Shown here: positions 1 through 15,209 of the stretch, in pieces | How the letters are laid out: every line of letters begins with the position of its first letter | How positions within the stretch are numbered: the stretch's first letter is position 1 | Assembly (NCBI GenBank): GCA_022605425.2 | Contig: CM061248.1 | Span: 1-64,000 of the forward strand | Length of the DNA stretch: 64,000 bases | Origin: Hamiltosporidium tvaerminnensis FI-OER-3-3 | Lineage: Eukaryota; Fungi; Microsporidia | Direction: 5' to 3' | Notes under the pieces: model-generated | Told to the model about the DNA's origin: nothing | Seen by the model: the letters and a program-made list of their open reading frames with translations, nothing else | Database searches by the model: none | Translations under genes and position numbers: made by a program

Positions 1-874
1 CTAACCCTAACCCTAACCCTAACCCTAACCCTAACCCTAACCCTAACCCTAACCCTAACCCTAACCCTAACCCTAACCCTAACCCTAACCCTAACCCTAA
101 CCCTAACCCTAACCCTAACCCTAACCCTAACCCTAACCCTAACCCTAACCCTAACCCTAACCCTAACCCTAACCCTAACCCTAACCCTAACCCTAACCCT
201 AACCCTAACCCTAACCCTAACCCTAACCCTAACCCTAACCCTAACCCTAACCCTAACCCTAACCCTAACCCTAACCCTAACCCTAACCCTAACCCTAACC
301 CTAACCCTAACCCTAACCCTAACCCTAACCCTAACCCTAACCCTAACCCTAACCCTAACCCTAACCCTAACCCTAACCCTAACCCTAACCCTAACCCTAA
401 CCCTAACCCTAACCCTAACCCTAACCCTAACCCTAACCCTAACCCTAACCCTAACCCTAACCCTAACCCTAACCCTAACCCTAACCCTAACCCTAACCCT
501 AACCCTAACCCTAACCCTAACCCTAACCCTAACCCTAACCCTAACCCTAACCCTAACCCTAACCCTAACCCTAACCCTAACCCTAACCCTAACCCTAACC
601 CTAACCCTAACCCTAACCCTAACCCTAACCCTAACCCTAACCCTAACCCTAACCCTAACCCTAACCCTAACCCTAACCCTAACCCTAACCCTAACCCTAA
701 CCCTAACCCTAACCCTAACCCTAACCCTAACCCTAACCCTAACCCTAACCCTAACCCTAACCCTAACCCTAACCCTAACCCTAACCCTAACCCTAACCCT
801 AACCCTAACCCTAACCCTAACCCTAACCCTAACCCTAACCCTAACCCTAACCCTAACCCTAACCCTAACCCTAA
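1..874 (-). repeat. Telomeric repeat tract (CCCTAA)n / (TTAGGG)n, about 145 units
   Basis: Uninterrupted ctaacc hexamer array from base 1 to 874, followed by an abrupt switch to unique sequence (gttacaaag). Confidence 0.99.
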
Positions 875-1379
875 GTTACAAAGATATATTTTAGCATGCC
901 ATTTATTTGATTCGGATTCCGTAAAGTGAGTTAAAATGGTAAAATGTCTTGAGAGATACGATTCGTGTTGTGTTGGAATCTCAATTTCTCTTACATAACA
1001 AGTTTTACGGAATCGGGGCAATTCCATTGCTATTAATTATGTTTCACACACCTTTTAGATGAAATTATCTGGGATGTAGGTATCATATCGTGTACCATAA
1101 GAGTCTTTGGTGCTCACTTGTATTGAACTCATAATTCCGTAAATTACATGAAAAAATTAAACACTTAGCCCTATATTAGAAATATTTGATAGTTTTAAGT
1201 CATTTAATGCGTGTTGGTTTATGCAGTTATTATATATTTTTGCGTTAATTATGATATTCAGTTATTTTGGTTTTATTTAATTTGGCACGTAATTTTATTT
1301 TTACCTTTTATATATTTGTAAAGTTATTATTTTATTTTTCTATATAGTTTATTCTTGTGAAAAAAATTGATTCTTATTT

Positions 1380-3390
1380 TAAAGTTCATGTTGTGATATT
1401 ATTTATCGGGTTATTTTTATGCCAATAGAATATATCGTATCACACTCAATGTCTTTCTACGCCTGAATATCGCACAGATTCTTTGTTTGAGATAAAATAA
1501 AATTATATTAGCATTCTTTTAATTATCTAATTCAACGGTTTAGGTTTTAAATAAGTATTTTTCTTAAATATTACCTGTATTACATTTTATTTTAATACTT
1601 GCTTTTGGAATAATGCATTTTTAGAGGCTTGTGAAATGTAAAAAAAAAATTTAAGGTAAATATTACTTCTTGGTTGATTTAGTTTTACGAATGATTATTT
1701 TTTAACTTTAACATTATTTTTTAATTTATTTATATTATTATGAATACTTTTAGTTGCTTAAGGCTTATTTTTTTGATATAATACTTTAATAAGTATTTTT
1801 ATTCTTTTTTTATTGGTTTGCCTTTTTTTTGTATTCAATCATATTTCTTTTTTTAAATTTAATAATTCCATATTAATATTGGAATTCTAATGTTTCTTAA
1901 ATACTAAATAATGTACATATTTTAAATATATATTTCGTTCTAACTATTTTATATGGCTTTCAAATAAATACAAATATATTTATATAATTTAAATCTTATT
2001 TTAGCCTAACGTTGGCAATTCTCAGTTATATTTTTTTTATTTAGGAATTTTATAAACATCAAATCTGTCTAGTCTTTACATTTAGTTAAACTGATATATA
2101 TAGTTCATTGTTTATGTTTGAAAATAAAGTTGGTTTCGATTATAGCATTTTATATATTTTTGTCTTTTATATTAAAAATTATTATAATTTAAATTTTAGT
2201 TACCTATTTTTCTTTTTGTAATTTTTTTTAGTTAAATTTTATGATTATTTTAGCTAAATGTTTTCTTGGCTAAATTTTTACCTTTATCATGTTTGCCTTA
2301 CTTAAATTTATTTCTGTTATATCTTTATATATATTTTTTTTTGGGTTTTTTTGTTCAAATCTACTTTGGTTAATTTGTTTGTGTTTTTTGATCTTTCTTT
2401 TGCTATTCTTTTAACAAATTAAAGAGTTTTATGGATTAAGCAGTTATTTTACAAAAAATAATTAATAGTTTTTATAATCTTTAGGCTTTAGAATAAATTA
2501 AAACTTATTTCCAAATAATGCATAAATATATGGTAATTTTTTTATTAATTTATATTGAAATTCGTTAATTCATATTAATATGTTATATTTTAATATTTCA
2601 TTTGATATTTTCTCTTCTTGTATGATTTTGAGGTGTTAACCTTAATAAGCTTATAAAATTTACTATAATTGGAAGTTTTTGAGTGTAAGGTATTGTTGCT
2701 ATTTTTTGTCTATTTACTACATTTTGACTATTAAAACATTAAATATTTATCTTAAAATAATGTTTTGTAATTATGGTCATAGTACGTTGTGTTCGGCCTA
2801 AATATGGCTGTATTAAATTTGGTGATATCGTTTTTGGAAAGCACTAAGTATATAGATAGAAGCATTAATAGTAATAGGAATATTACGTATCTATAGATTT
2901 TCAGATAACAACATACTTTTTACTTTTCGTGAAATTGACCAAACTGTCAGGCATTTATTATATATGTATTGTTTATTATACTTAAAAATACTATAGAGCT
3001 AAGTAAAAGAAAGAATACACGTGAAAAGGTAATTAAATATCATGCATAATACTTTTAAGAAAATTTATAAGTAGGATGATACTAAGGCTCTTCTTATGTA
3101 AATTTATTATTTATTAAATTTATATAGACATTAATATATTATTCGTGTGTAATATAATATATATTAGCTGTTTTTAGATTTGATCAGTGTCAATCATCCA
3201 TAGAAATAGATCTTTTTGTTTCATAGAATATAGCCAGAGTGCACCAAATTACTTATTATAAATAAAAATGTATTGAATATTCTGATTTGTTAAGTCTTTC
3301 TATTAGACTTATGTATTAGTTTTTTGTTAAGATCGAAAGGATAGAATAAAAATATAAAACATAGTACATAAAAATTTCTACCTGAAAACT
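1380..3390 (-). pseudogene. Decayed subtelomeric segment paralogous to ~13160-15200 (probable ancient ORF on the minus strand)
   Basis: Collinear shared blocks with the 13-15 kb region, e.g. aattggaagtttttgagtgtaaggtat (~2667) vs aattggaagtttttgggtgtaaggtat (~14486); acgttgtgttcg; gcatttattatatatgtattg; aagtaaaagaaaga; gaataatgca..aggct.gtgaaa. Strong T-over-A skew on the + strand. Many stops and no intact ORF; boundaries approximate. Confidence 0.55.
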
Positions 3391-6300
3391 TTATTTTAAT
3401 AGTAATATTTCTATATTAAAACGAAATTTAAATTTTCTTTTACATTAATTATGTGAAAATTTTAAGTTTCTTAATTATTTAAAACGTTTAAAGAAAGGCA
3501 CATCAACAAATTTTGAATTGGTACGGAAATCAGTATTTATTATTGTTTTCGTAAATCTTTAACTTGTTTATGAAGCAATACGAATTAACCCAAAATATAA
3601 TTTAATGCTAAAATGATTTGATAATATTTTAATTTGGTATAAAGGTAGAATGAATCGCTAAAAAAAATGTTCATTGTGAATCAAATTGGTTTAAATCTTT
3701 TTTATATATATTTTTCGAAATTGCTATAAAGCTACCAAGAAATCTTCACCAAATGAAGAACTACGTATATTATGTGACTTACAAGATATTGATACCATTT
3801 TCATATCTAGATATATTTATTTTTGGATGTACATCAGAAAGATTAAAAAAGAATATTACATTTTTGAAATCGGTTGTATATTATAATTCAAAAAATAAAA
3901 TTTTATGATACTATTTGTTGATTTATAGATAGTCATATCAAATTTATTATTTGTCTCCTTAAATTATAAAAGGAAAGGCTATTATTTTGTAAAATTTATA
4001 AAAAACTCTAAATCTGGTTTTGTTTTTAATGTTATAGTATTTTCTACAAGTGAGTTAAGACTATATTGTTATAAAACTACTGATTCTTTTTCGGATGAAT
4101 CAAGATTAAACCTAATTGAGATGCAATAGAACTTATGCCTCAATCAACTGAAATATTTTTATTAAAATATTCGTATCTGTAATAAAATATGTTAAACTTT
4201 CCAAGCTGATTTGAATTATAGAACGGGGATATGATGGTTATTGACATTTGTTCCTATTATGGTTCAAAAAGTAGTATCGATGAACTCATCCGATCTTAGT
4301 TAAAGTCAAAACTAACAAAATAATTTAATTAATTCTCTCGTAATATATTGGTATATTAACATTCAATATCATAAACTGGACTTACAATACTTCGAATGCG
4401 AAGACCACATTATGGGACCGACTTTACTATTTATTAAGACTCGGTGTGAAAATTTATACCATAAAGAAAAAAGATAAAATAATGTGCTGTGAAAGAGGCG
4501 AAACTTTCAAAAGCATATAACTTTTTTTTACTTTTATTTACAGAACATTTCAGTTGATTTGGTAGAACCATTTCTGTTAAATGCACACAAAAAACTATTT
4601 GTCTTGATGATATATAAGTTAAGTGTATGATTTATGGTTGATTTGTTTTCTTATTTATTAATGTTTTTTTTTAACGTATTTAATATTTTCTTTGTGTGCC
4701 CTATTCTCTATAGTTTAGCATTTAAATTTGTGCTATCCAGATTAGTTAGGTGAATTATAAATCCTGAAACAATTTATTTTCCTACAAATTATATGTTTTT
4801 TAAAGCATTGATGAACCAAAATGAACATTTTAAATTGATATTACCATTTTAGCAGATTTTATAACTTTGCATATATTTATTAATTAAATACTTTTATATT
4901 ATTTCTAATGCTAATAAAACTATTCAGCCTCACAATAATTTTGACAAATTGAATTTATTTTAATATATATTTTTGTAAGTATTATAATTTATAATTTTTT
5001 TCCATATCAATTAGGTAAATTCTGTTGGCTTTTGCTAATATTTTCTTTTCTCTTATATTTGGGATACTATTTAGTATTTTAGGTGAAGAGTATCTTTATA
5101 AATATAAAATAAGCTATCATGCAAATATTTTAGTATCAATATCTATAGATATCAATAAAAACCAATGTTATTTAAGACTACTGTTATAGCAAGACAGAAA
5201 TAAAAGTAACAAAATTAAATATTTGCAAACGAAAAAAAATATTGTTAATTGAATTCATCCAGTAAAAATATTGAAACAAAGTAGGTGACAATTAAAAATA
5301 TTTACAAAGTAGAAGCAAAATTTAATTAAATATCCTCTCAATATAATAAGCAAAAAAAACTACAACTACAGAGACAAAATATAAAGCAAAAGTTTATTCT
5401 GAACCTGTGAGTAAATATAAGTAGCAATAAAAAACAAAATGTGGATTATATTTAGTTCCATAGATAATTTGCATAGAAATCAATTCGAAATATTTTTATA
5501 TGCTTATTCTTCCGGAATGTACCTTTCTTATTCAGATTATTGATTACCTAATAGTCTACTAAATAAGGTTAGGCAGAAAAAAATCATCTAGCTATCCAAA
5601 GACACCCTACGGTTTTGTCTGTTATTTTTTCTAAGGAGTTCAACCAAACCTTATGCCCTATTGTTTTGCTGGATTTTTTTCATTTCTAACTTCTATAAAA
5701 TAATTAAGCACAATCTTACATATCTGGAACCTATATCCATCATCTAGTTTCTTTTGCTAAAAATAAAGAATGTAATATTGTGATATGCACTTTTAAAAAA
5801 GAAATTTGGAATAAAGAATTCATTTCAAAAATAAATCACTTGTAAAACAATAATATAAACTTCTCGAATTTCTAATAGAACATATAAACAGAAAAGATAA
5901 TTTTTTATAGCAACAAGATAGTGTTACAACTCTACGCCAGACAGTCTTCATACATATACATCACATCTTTCTTCTCGAACACTCTTGATTATTAGATTTA
6001 TGAATGAGGTAATAACAAATTAATAACTTGCTCGGCAACCTCTTTGTTTGTCATATTACCCTATATTCCAGTATTAGCAAGCTTTACGGACTTTACATTG
6101 TTTGTGCTAATTTGAAAATTTTCTTGCTCAATACAAATTCTGAAAAACATCATGAATGGGACCAGTTTCTACCAATACAGCTTTAGTAAAGGAAAACTCT
6201 ACGTATCTATGCCAAAACTACAATTTCTTTTACTATTATATTTTTCGGTATTCAAACTAAAGAAACATTCAACTTTAGACCTACCAAAAGAGAAATTGCC

Positions 6301-9300
6301 TCATTGAAGAAATAAAAAACAATTGGATGTACCTTTTTTCAATTTTTCTTTCGCTTCTTTTGAATTTTTCTTTGGATTTTCTATTCACATTCCTTCTTTT
6401 AAACTATCAATTCAGTTTCTCTATCGAAGAGAATAATTTTTTATCGAATTGTCAAGGTGAGCTTTAGAAAATTAAAATAAAAGAAATTTAAGAAATATAT
6501 TGAATTTACATGAAAAGCAATTGAAGAAAATTAATATTTTAAATATTTGAAGATAATTTTCATGAAATTTTTATTTCTTTATTTCTAACACGAATATTCA
6601 AGTGTAAGAGAACATCATTTTATTGGACTATTTTGTAACAAATGATAAAAAAGCTATTTTGTGTACTTTTCTCTCCTTAAACTAAAAGATTGGATATTGC
6701 AACAATTGAAAAAATGAAATCAATTTATATAAAATATTAGTAAAATTATTATTCAACTTTTTCGTAATTCTACTAAAAACTTTGTTTGAATAAAAACTTT
6801 ACATGTGAATCATTTTTTGCTTTTACAGGAAGAATAATAAACAATAAAATTGTTATATTTTGAGTTTAAAATTATTTCAATTCTATCAGTAATTTCTACT
6901 TGAAAATATTTTTCGAAATAAAAACTATTTGTTAGAATTCAAAATCAATTACAAAACTATCGCTTACGTTTGTTATGACACAATAAAATTAATTTTGTTT
7001 TAAGATGCTTTTTCACTTGTATTTTTTTTATTTTAGTTTTTGTGCAACTTGTGTCTATTTTTCTTCTGAATGAACGTTAACTATTTAAAAATGAAATACA
7101 AGCATTTTATATTTTGCATTCTTAATATACATTCATATATAAAAGCATATCTTGGTTAAATAACACCATTTTCTTATATGCAGTAATAGGATATGTCAGG
7201 TTAGTGCAAAATTAAGAAATTTAAAGAAGATAGGGCCCTAGAAAAACAATTTATGAATTTCTATTTTATAAATGTAAAAATTTTTTAAAAAAATTATTTT
7301 TATATAGTTTCAAAAGAATTATTTGTTCAGTTATGATTTAAGATAATATTTTTGAGCAAAAAATTTTGGAATATACGACCATAAAACCCACCCGCGATAA
7401 GCATAAATATATTAAATAAGTGCATTTCTCATATGCATACACTGTATTTTTTCGAGAGAATTTGGTAATTCTGTCATTCGTAAACATAACCAGAAATACT
7501 TTAATAGTTTATTATTATTTTGAAAACTTTCAAATCAAAGAGTTTAGTTAGTTTTGAATCTGATTTATTGTAAAAAGCAAATTTCACAAAATTGGCAAAA
7601 AAGGTTTATTGGTTTTCGAATAAATATTATTCGCTTGTTTATATACAATCAAAAAAAATTACTCTTACCTTAAAAAGATTAAAAAAAATCTAATTACTTG
7701 GCTTCAGTAATTTATAGCAAGTAAATGGTTAAACAAAAATCTTTCAATTTATTATTATATAGTTATTGTTAGTTAAAACCTCTAAAATAGCAAGGTGACC
7801 CAAAAGAAGAGTTTTCTTATTTTTAGCACGGAGATTCTTAAAATTTCAAATAATCTGAAAATTTATTTTAGAAATCATTATAAATGTATAAAAAAATAAA
7901 ATATGTTTCTTAAAATATTGACAATATAACTCAACCATTCTAAAATTTTAAAAAGTAATCACATAATACAAAATAAACATATTTTTTGATTTAATCTTTC
8001 CGGGCATATTTTTGTAAAAGATAAAAATTACAAATTCTAAGAAAATATACTTTTGATTATTTTTAAAAATATTAAAAAAATATGGTATCATATATTTAGG
8101 TGCATAGTTGCTTTTGTAAACAAATGTCACTTATTTAAAATATAAATGCGATGTTTCCATGGTGTTTGATAAGTTCATTTCAGAGATTTTACTTTTTTCA
8201 AAAGAAACATACATTTTTTATTTTATCTAGTGGATTTCATTTTTAAAGTATTAATTCAAATTGTTTAAATTATTTCATATCTGTTAAAATGTCTTTTTAT
8301 TTAAAAACGAAATAAAAAAGAACTTTATTCATATATTTATCTCCTAAAAGTTCATGAAAAATATTCAATTTTATAGAACTTTAAAAAAAAACATTATTTT
8401 AACTACGAATTTACTTTACTTAATCTTTTAAATTAATTCCTTTCCGTTTCTTGTTGGCAAAATCAAATGGCGAAAATTAAAATATGAATTCTTTTTAAAT
8501 GATGTAAAATTTTAAATTCCTATACATTAGTCTTTTATTAATATGAAATACGCATTAAATTACATTCGAATATTAAATTATAGTCTTCAAAAAAATTAGG
8601 TTTTGTAATGTTGTGATTTTATAACTGATCAAAATATTTTATAGAATATAATTCTGTTATGATTTACAACAATTGGTTGATTTTACAGCAGTTTAATCTC
8701 ACTAAATGGTTATAATAATTTTTTTTACAAAAAAGTTAGATTATTCATTCTACATACTAATATATATTTTATAAAAATCAAAGGGAATATAGATTTATCA
8801 ACAAAGAAGATTTAATATTTTTAACGCGCAAAATTCAAAATCATACAATAATGTTAATAAAATAACAAAAAATAAGCAATTTTGGCATTTGAAGATGTGA
8901 TTCACAGAATGTCATTGAATCTGTTGACCATACAGATATCCTTGATACATACAAATAGAAACAGATGCGCTTGGTTGTAATAAGTTTAAGCTGATGTCTG
9001 GAGGCATTGAATCTTAATTGATCTTAATTTTATTTAATATATAAATGAGATTATGAAAGTACCAGCTTTAAGTCAGTATAGTTCTACAAAAAAAATTTAT
9101 CAAAATGGAAATCAAAGCTTTTGAACTCTTATACAGATAATATGATAAATGAGTTCAAATATAAGCGGTTTTCACATATAATAATAGCTATTTTAATACA
9201 TTTAAAAATTCTTTCTTGCTAAAAACATTCGTGAAATGTTCCTTTTAAAAAAAGTGCTATTCTTTCTATTGCTAACTTCACGTCAATACATGCTGTATAT

Positions 9301-12300
9301 AAAAAAAATAAAATTCTATAATCATAGCATGATTTGGTATTGCGATATGCTTTTTTTTATTTTCACTTTTCATATTTAATTCTTTATATTCGGTAAGATC
9401 AAAAGAAGGTTTATACTGAATATATTTCTGATATCTAATTAAGTTAATTGTTTATAAATTCATTTTTTTATAAACTTATGCTAAGGGCTATATTTCTTAC
9501 AAATTATACAAAAATCGAAAGAATAAGTATTCTATTTAAAATATGGTGTATCATAGCAATACCCTTACATATAAAATATATTACAAAGGTGATGTTTAAA
9601 GAATCATATAGTTTTAAAACGCTTTTAGATTTAAATTAACTGTTCTTCCTTTTGATATAACTTCTAATATTTAAATATTAAATCTTTTAATTTGGATCTG
9701 TTAAAAAGAGATAAAATGTATATAGCAATTAATTTTATAAACGTCTATATAAATTACTCTTGGTTTCTTAGAATTATATGTTCACATAGAAATAAATGTG
9801 CTAATTTTATATATGACCATCTCTACTGACAAGGCCTTAATATCTTTCTTTATGACAATACTTTTATTATTCATAAAAAGCCAATCTTTATTATTACCTT
9901 AAAATTAACCACTGTTCTTAGATACTCTTATCAATGTCAATATTTAGATTTGTAAGTTAGATTTTGACATATTCTATGCAAGTTTTTATACCATTTGTGT
10001 TTAAAATTTATTCGTATGTTTAGTTTATACTATACTGGAAGATTCGAAAGTTATCCGAAATTCAAATAAAAAAATTTTCGTTTTGATGAATAAAGGTATT
10101 CAAAAAACAATATCTCAATTTTATCATCTTTTATTTGTTCTAAAAAAATATTTTAACTCTTCAAAAAATTTTTGGTATTTTGTTATATTAGTTTTGATAT
10201 AGTTGCATTAAAAATTGCAAAATTCTAAAAATAACTTAAAAATGTATCTAATTTATTGAGCATAGGATGTCAGAAATATTGCATACATATTTATAAAGAT
10301 CTGAATGATATCATGATAAAATTCGACAAGTTTTTTTCGTAAATTTTTTAATTACTTTTTTTGATTCGTTTGATCATATTTCGTATAGTCGTATATACAG
10401 CAAAAAAATTTAAAAAAAAAGGGACTTAAAAAAAATAACGTTCTAATGCATAAAAATACATTAAAATAAATAACATATTTTATGTTTATGTCTATTATAA
10501 AATATAGCAGTTGCTTTTAGAAATTTTAATTACTTATTTTTGTACTGTTGGCTGATATATTTTCGATATATGTATAGAGAAGTTTAAACATTATGAAAAA
10601 ATCGAGTTTCACAAAAATACTATAAAATACTTAGAGACGCTAGAAAAATTATAGAAAATCAAATTGCAAGAATATTTTCAATCATGCAAATAATGTTCTG
10701 TTATTTTTGTGGGTTTAATCGGTACTCAAATCTTTGAGTTTTTTAGATATATACCTGAAATATTCCAGTTTAAAAAATGCAAAGAAACTCTAAAACTACA
10801 AAAACATTTATATTAATGCTTCGAGTAGTCTTAAAATAACTAAGAGGTTTTGACAAGTAACAGTTTGAATTTTATTTTTTTTTTTCAAATCTGTCAAAAA
10901 TGCAAAGTATATAGTGTATGAAGCAATTTAAAAAACGTAAAAATTTTATTTAAAAAACAATCCGTCCTATTACAAACGACTCATAAGTATCATATGTTCG
11001 TATATTATAACTGTGTAATTATCGTTATATAAATTAAAAGTATATTTGCTTTTATCTGTTAAGTATTTTATTTTTTCGAATTTGTTTTATTTCATTTATG
11101 CATACTAGTTTAAATGATTCGAAAATTTATAAAAATATAATAAAAAAATATGTGTTTAGTTGGATAGTAATTTAGATAAAACTTTCTGATGCTAAGGAAA
11201 ATTATTGTTTATAATTTAGAATAAAATCTAGTCATTTTTATTGGCTTCTTTTATTGCTCATATTTTCTATTTTTTATATAAATTCACATGTATCAGTATT
11301 GAGATTTTTAAAATTTCAGAATACAGTGTAAAAAACAATGTTAATTTAATGCTCAAAAAGTTATAAAAATACTACAAATATGTAAATAAAATTTAAATGT
11401 TGTGTTGGATTGCAATTCTGTATGTTTGTTTTTATTTCCATCACCTCTATATTCTTCGATTTTTTTTATATTTTTGTATTTAGTATATGAAACGAATCAA
11501 GAATTATCAAAAAATATCGATAATAAAATATTTTTAAATCGTTAAAAAAACATCTAAAAATACAATAAATGTTCTAATAAAGAAACAAAATTTATGTTTT
11601 AAATAAAATTTTATTGCCTTTAACGACATTTTTTTATACCTTTTTTTTTAATATTTTGCACTATATCATGTATTTATGATTTGAGGAAATTCCAAAATTT
11701 ACAGAAAAATGAGCTAAAACTGTAACCGGTTTAATATATGAAAATTACTAAAAAAGAGTGAATCGTTGTATAAAGAATAAATAGATGTATGCCAGATGAA
11801 ATATAATTTTTTTCTGCTATATTTTGTAATCAAAGATCCTCAGTTTGTTCGATGTAGTTACATATCTTCCTAGAAAAGACTCTAGAATTACAAAAAAACT
11901 AAAATTTAATAGCGGAAAAATTCTGTATATTCTACTAAAATGTTTTTAGTAATCAAACATAATTATTTTATATCAAACTTCATTTTTTAATTTAATATTC
12001 AGTGTTTTTATATTTTATTAGATATGTATTGTATGAAAAGATTGAAATAGAAAAAAAAGTACTCAAAGTATATATAATTTTATTCATAAAACTTATACGA
12101 ATATTACAAATGTGTTTATACCAATTCAATAAATATCTCTTGAATTTAAATTTTTGTTTTTATATTAAATTTATCTTACCTAATTTTTTTCGATTGCCTT
12201 TTCTATATCTATAGTGAAACCTTAATTATTATGCCAAAATCGATTACAAAACAAAATATCTTTTAAAATCTAAAAATCATGGAACAAATATTGGAAATAT

Positions 12301-13159
12301 TAAAATTATTGTTTTTACAATGTACAATCATATTTGTGTTATCTTGGTTTATAGTTTTTCATATATAGTTTTTTTATTTCTAGCATGTATTGTATATATT
12401 TATGAGGCACCTTGAGAATTAGATAAAAAATTATTAAAAATACGTAAGCTTAACAATTACAAATTCTTCTGAGTACACAGATAGAGTCATAATAATGCTG
12501 TATTTTAAATGACTTATCTATTCGAGTTTTTTTTATTTGAACTTGACTATTTTTTTGGTTTCTGTTCAAATAGTTTTTTGCTAGTGATATGAACAATGCT
12601 CAAATTCAAAAAAATCTTGATTGAAAAGTATATGTTTACTAGAAATAAAAATCAAAACACAACAGATTTTAAAAATAATACAGTTTAATTTTTGTTGTAA
12701 ATTTCTGATATTTTACGATTATTTTTGGTACCTGTTTTTTTATTGGTAGCATATATATCGTTTTGAAGATTCCATAGAAATGAAAAATTCGATTTAAAAA
12801 AATATAATTTGTAATATTTAAAAATTTCTCTAAACATGACAACTGGCTTATGTACTTTTTAATTGGTTTTTAATATATTGTAGATTTAATTAAGATTTCG
12901 TTTAAAGTATTCTTCTTTTTTTTATTAATTTCGTTTTTTTATTTAGTGGATTATGAAATTTTGTTTAGATTATATATTTTTTATTAATAATCTTATTTTA
13001 CTTATATCATTATCATATTTTTTTTATTCTATATAGTTATAATTTTCTTTAAAGAGTTATTAAGTTATCATGTTATTTATTTATTGAGTTATTGAATTAC
13101 TTAAAATCTATTTATTAAGTAGTTCTCAATTTATTTATATAAAGTTATTTTACTTTTGA

Positions 13160-15200
13160 AAAAATATATTAGGATGTGAATTTGCTATCTGTAATTCAAT
13201 TTATTATTTAAAAATTTGTTATTATAAACTATACTACTTGGATTAACAGTGTTTTCTGTATAATTTAAATAGCCCAGTAATTTCATTTGGTTTGAGATTA
13301 AAGTTTTATTATTATATGCATTTCTTTTTAAATATTACTTTAAACTATACGGTCTAGGGAACAAAAAATACCTTTCTTACCTATTTATATTAATTTTAAT
13401 TTTTTTGTGTGGTTTTCTGAATAATGCAATTATAAAGGCTCGTGAAAGTGATATAATTTTTTAAAAATTAATTCCGATTTTTTATTTGACTCCATACACA
13501 ATAATTTAGCTTAAAATTAAAATTTTGGAATCAAATAAAAAATCAATATTCCGTAGAATACGAGATAATTCTAACAAATATATATTTTTCTAATTTAATG
13601 CTTATAAAAGTTTTTTGTTTTTCATTTTTTTTATTATTTTGTCTATTCTTGTGAAATAAGTCATATATTTTTGTAAAGATAAATGTATTTTATATTATGT
13701 AGTAGAGTTCTAATATTTCTTAAATATTTAGAAATTCAGTACATATTTATATTCTTTACATTTTAAGTTTAAGTATTTTTAGTCTTTATTTTTCTTGATA
13801 TATTTAAACTAGTTAAATTGTTTTCGAAGATCACCAGTCGTAAATTAGCAGCTCCCTTTATTTGTCTAATAATTTTATACTAAAAAACTTAATAGTTTTA
13901 AAATCGATATAACCTATTTTTTTCAACCATAATATAAAACTAGTATTATTTATCTTGTTAATATATAAAAGTTTTTTTAAAAAAAATGCTGTTTTGCATT
14001 TGTATTTTTGTCAATATTTTTTATTTTTTCAGTTTTTTGTAAATTGAATAGTTGATTTTATTTATTTATTTAAGTTTTTTTACTAAATTTAAAATTTCTT
14101 CTTGTATCTAGTTTGTTTGACTCAATTTTATTTAGGTGAACCTTTATCTACTTTCTTTAATTTGTATATATCTTTTTCATACCAGTATTTGTTTTTCCCT
14201 CACTATGTTACATGGTTACTTAATCGAGCACTATTTCATCGTAAAAAATCTTTCTGATTGTTTGAATCTATAATTTATATTCTAAAGTAATACATATTTT
14301 TAAATAAAATATAGGTTTATTCTATTTTTATGGAATTTTTGTATATCTTATAGCAATTTTATATTCAGGTATCTTAAAATTTCTTATTTTATATCATTAT
14401 GTTATATTTTGATATATAATTAAGTTTTACCTCTTCTTATATGATTTTAAGGAGTTAAGCCAAATATACTTTTAAAATTAACCATAATTGGAAGTTTTTG
14501 GGTGTAAGGTATCAATTATTTTTTTATGCTTATTACGAACATTCGGACAATTAAAAACATAACTCATTATCTAAAACAAAGATTTTTTTATTTTGATCAT
14601 AATACGTTGTGTTCGATCTAAATAGGACTGTATTAAATTTCGTGAAATTATTTTTAAAAGCCTTCAGTATATTGATTGAAACTTTGATCATATAGGGTAG
14701 TCCTACATAGCTTTGGATTTCTATATAACCTCATATTAGTTAGTTTTCCTTAATTTGAAGCGGACTGCCAAGCATTTATTATATATGTATTGCTTCTTTG
14801 TTTAAAAAGATTCTAGAGTTAAGTAAAAGAAAGATATACGTGCAAAAAGATATTTAAATTACATGAATAATACTCCAAGAGAGTTTATTAAAAATGTAAT
14901 ACCATTGACTTTGTTGAAATGATATGCTATTCTTTAGATCCATACAACATTAATTTATTTCTACTAAACCATACAATCTATATTAGAGAATTTTGACATT
15001 TGATTCATCTCAATGTATTCATACAAAAATTTCTTTTTAAACTATTAACTCATATTGACCAATTTAAAACTTAAATTGTTACATTTATAAAGATATTACT
15101 TAGTTTTCCATTATTATATATTTTTATTAGATTTATAATATTATTTTGTGTCAAGATCGAAAGTATTAAATTTAAATAAAAAAATATAGTATATTAAAAT
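13160..15200 (-). pseudogene. Second copy of the decayed subtelomeric segment
   Basis: Same shared blocks as 1380-3390 in the same orientation. A minus-strand frame reads as stop-interrupted protein-like text (FARISFFYLTLESF*TKKQYIYNKCLAVRF...LIQSYLDRTQRIMIKI...LIPYTQKLPIMV). Confidence 0.55.
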
Positions 15201-15209
15201 ATCTTGATT

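Noticed and set aside
4082-4120. FSDESRLNL resembling the first catalytic motif of Tc1/mariner transposases
   Set aside because: No downstream DD/E motifs or terminal inverted repeats could be found.
5500-6400. Higher-complexity stretch that may be a decayed gene on the minus strand
   Set aside because: Multiple stops and no recognisable family motif, so no call can be supported.
8940-9010. IQIETDA resembling the LTR-retrotransposon RNase H motif
   Set aside because: Isolated short match; the flanking translation does not continue as RT or RNase H.
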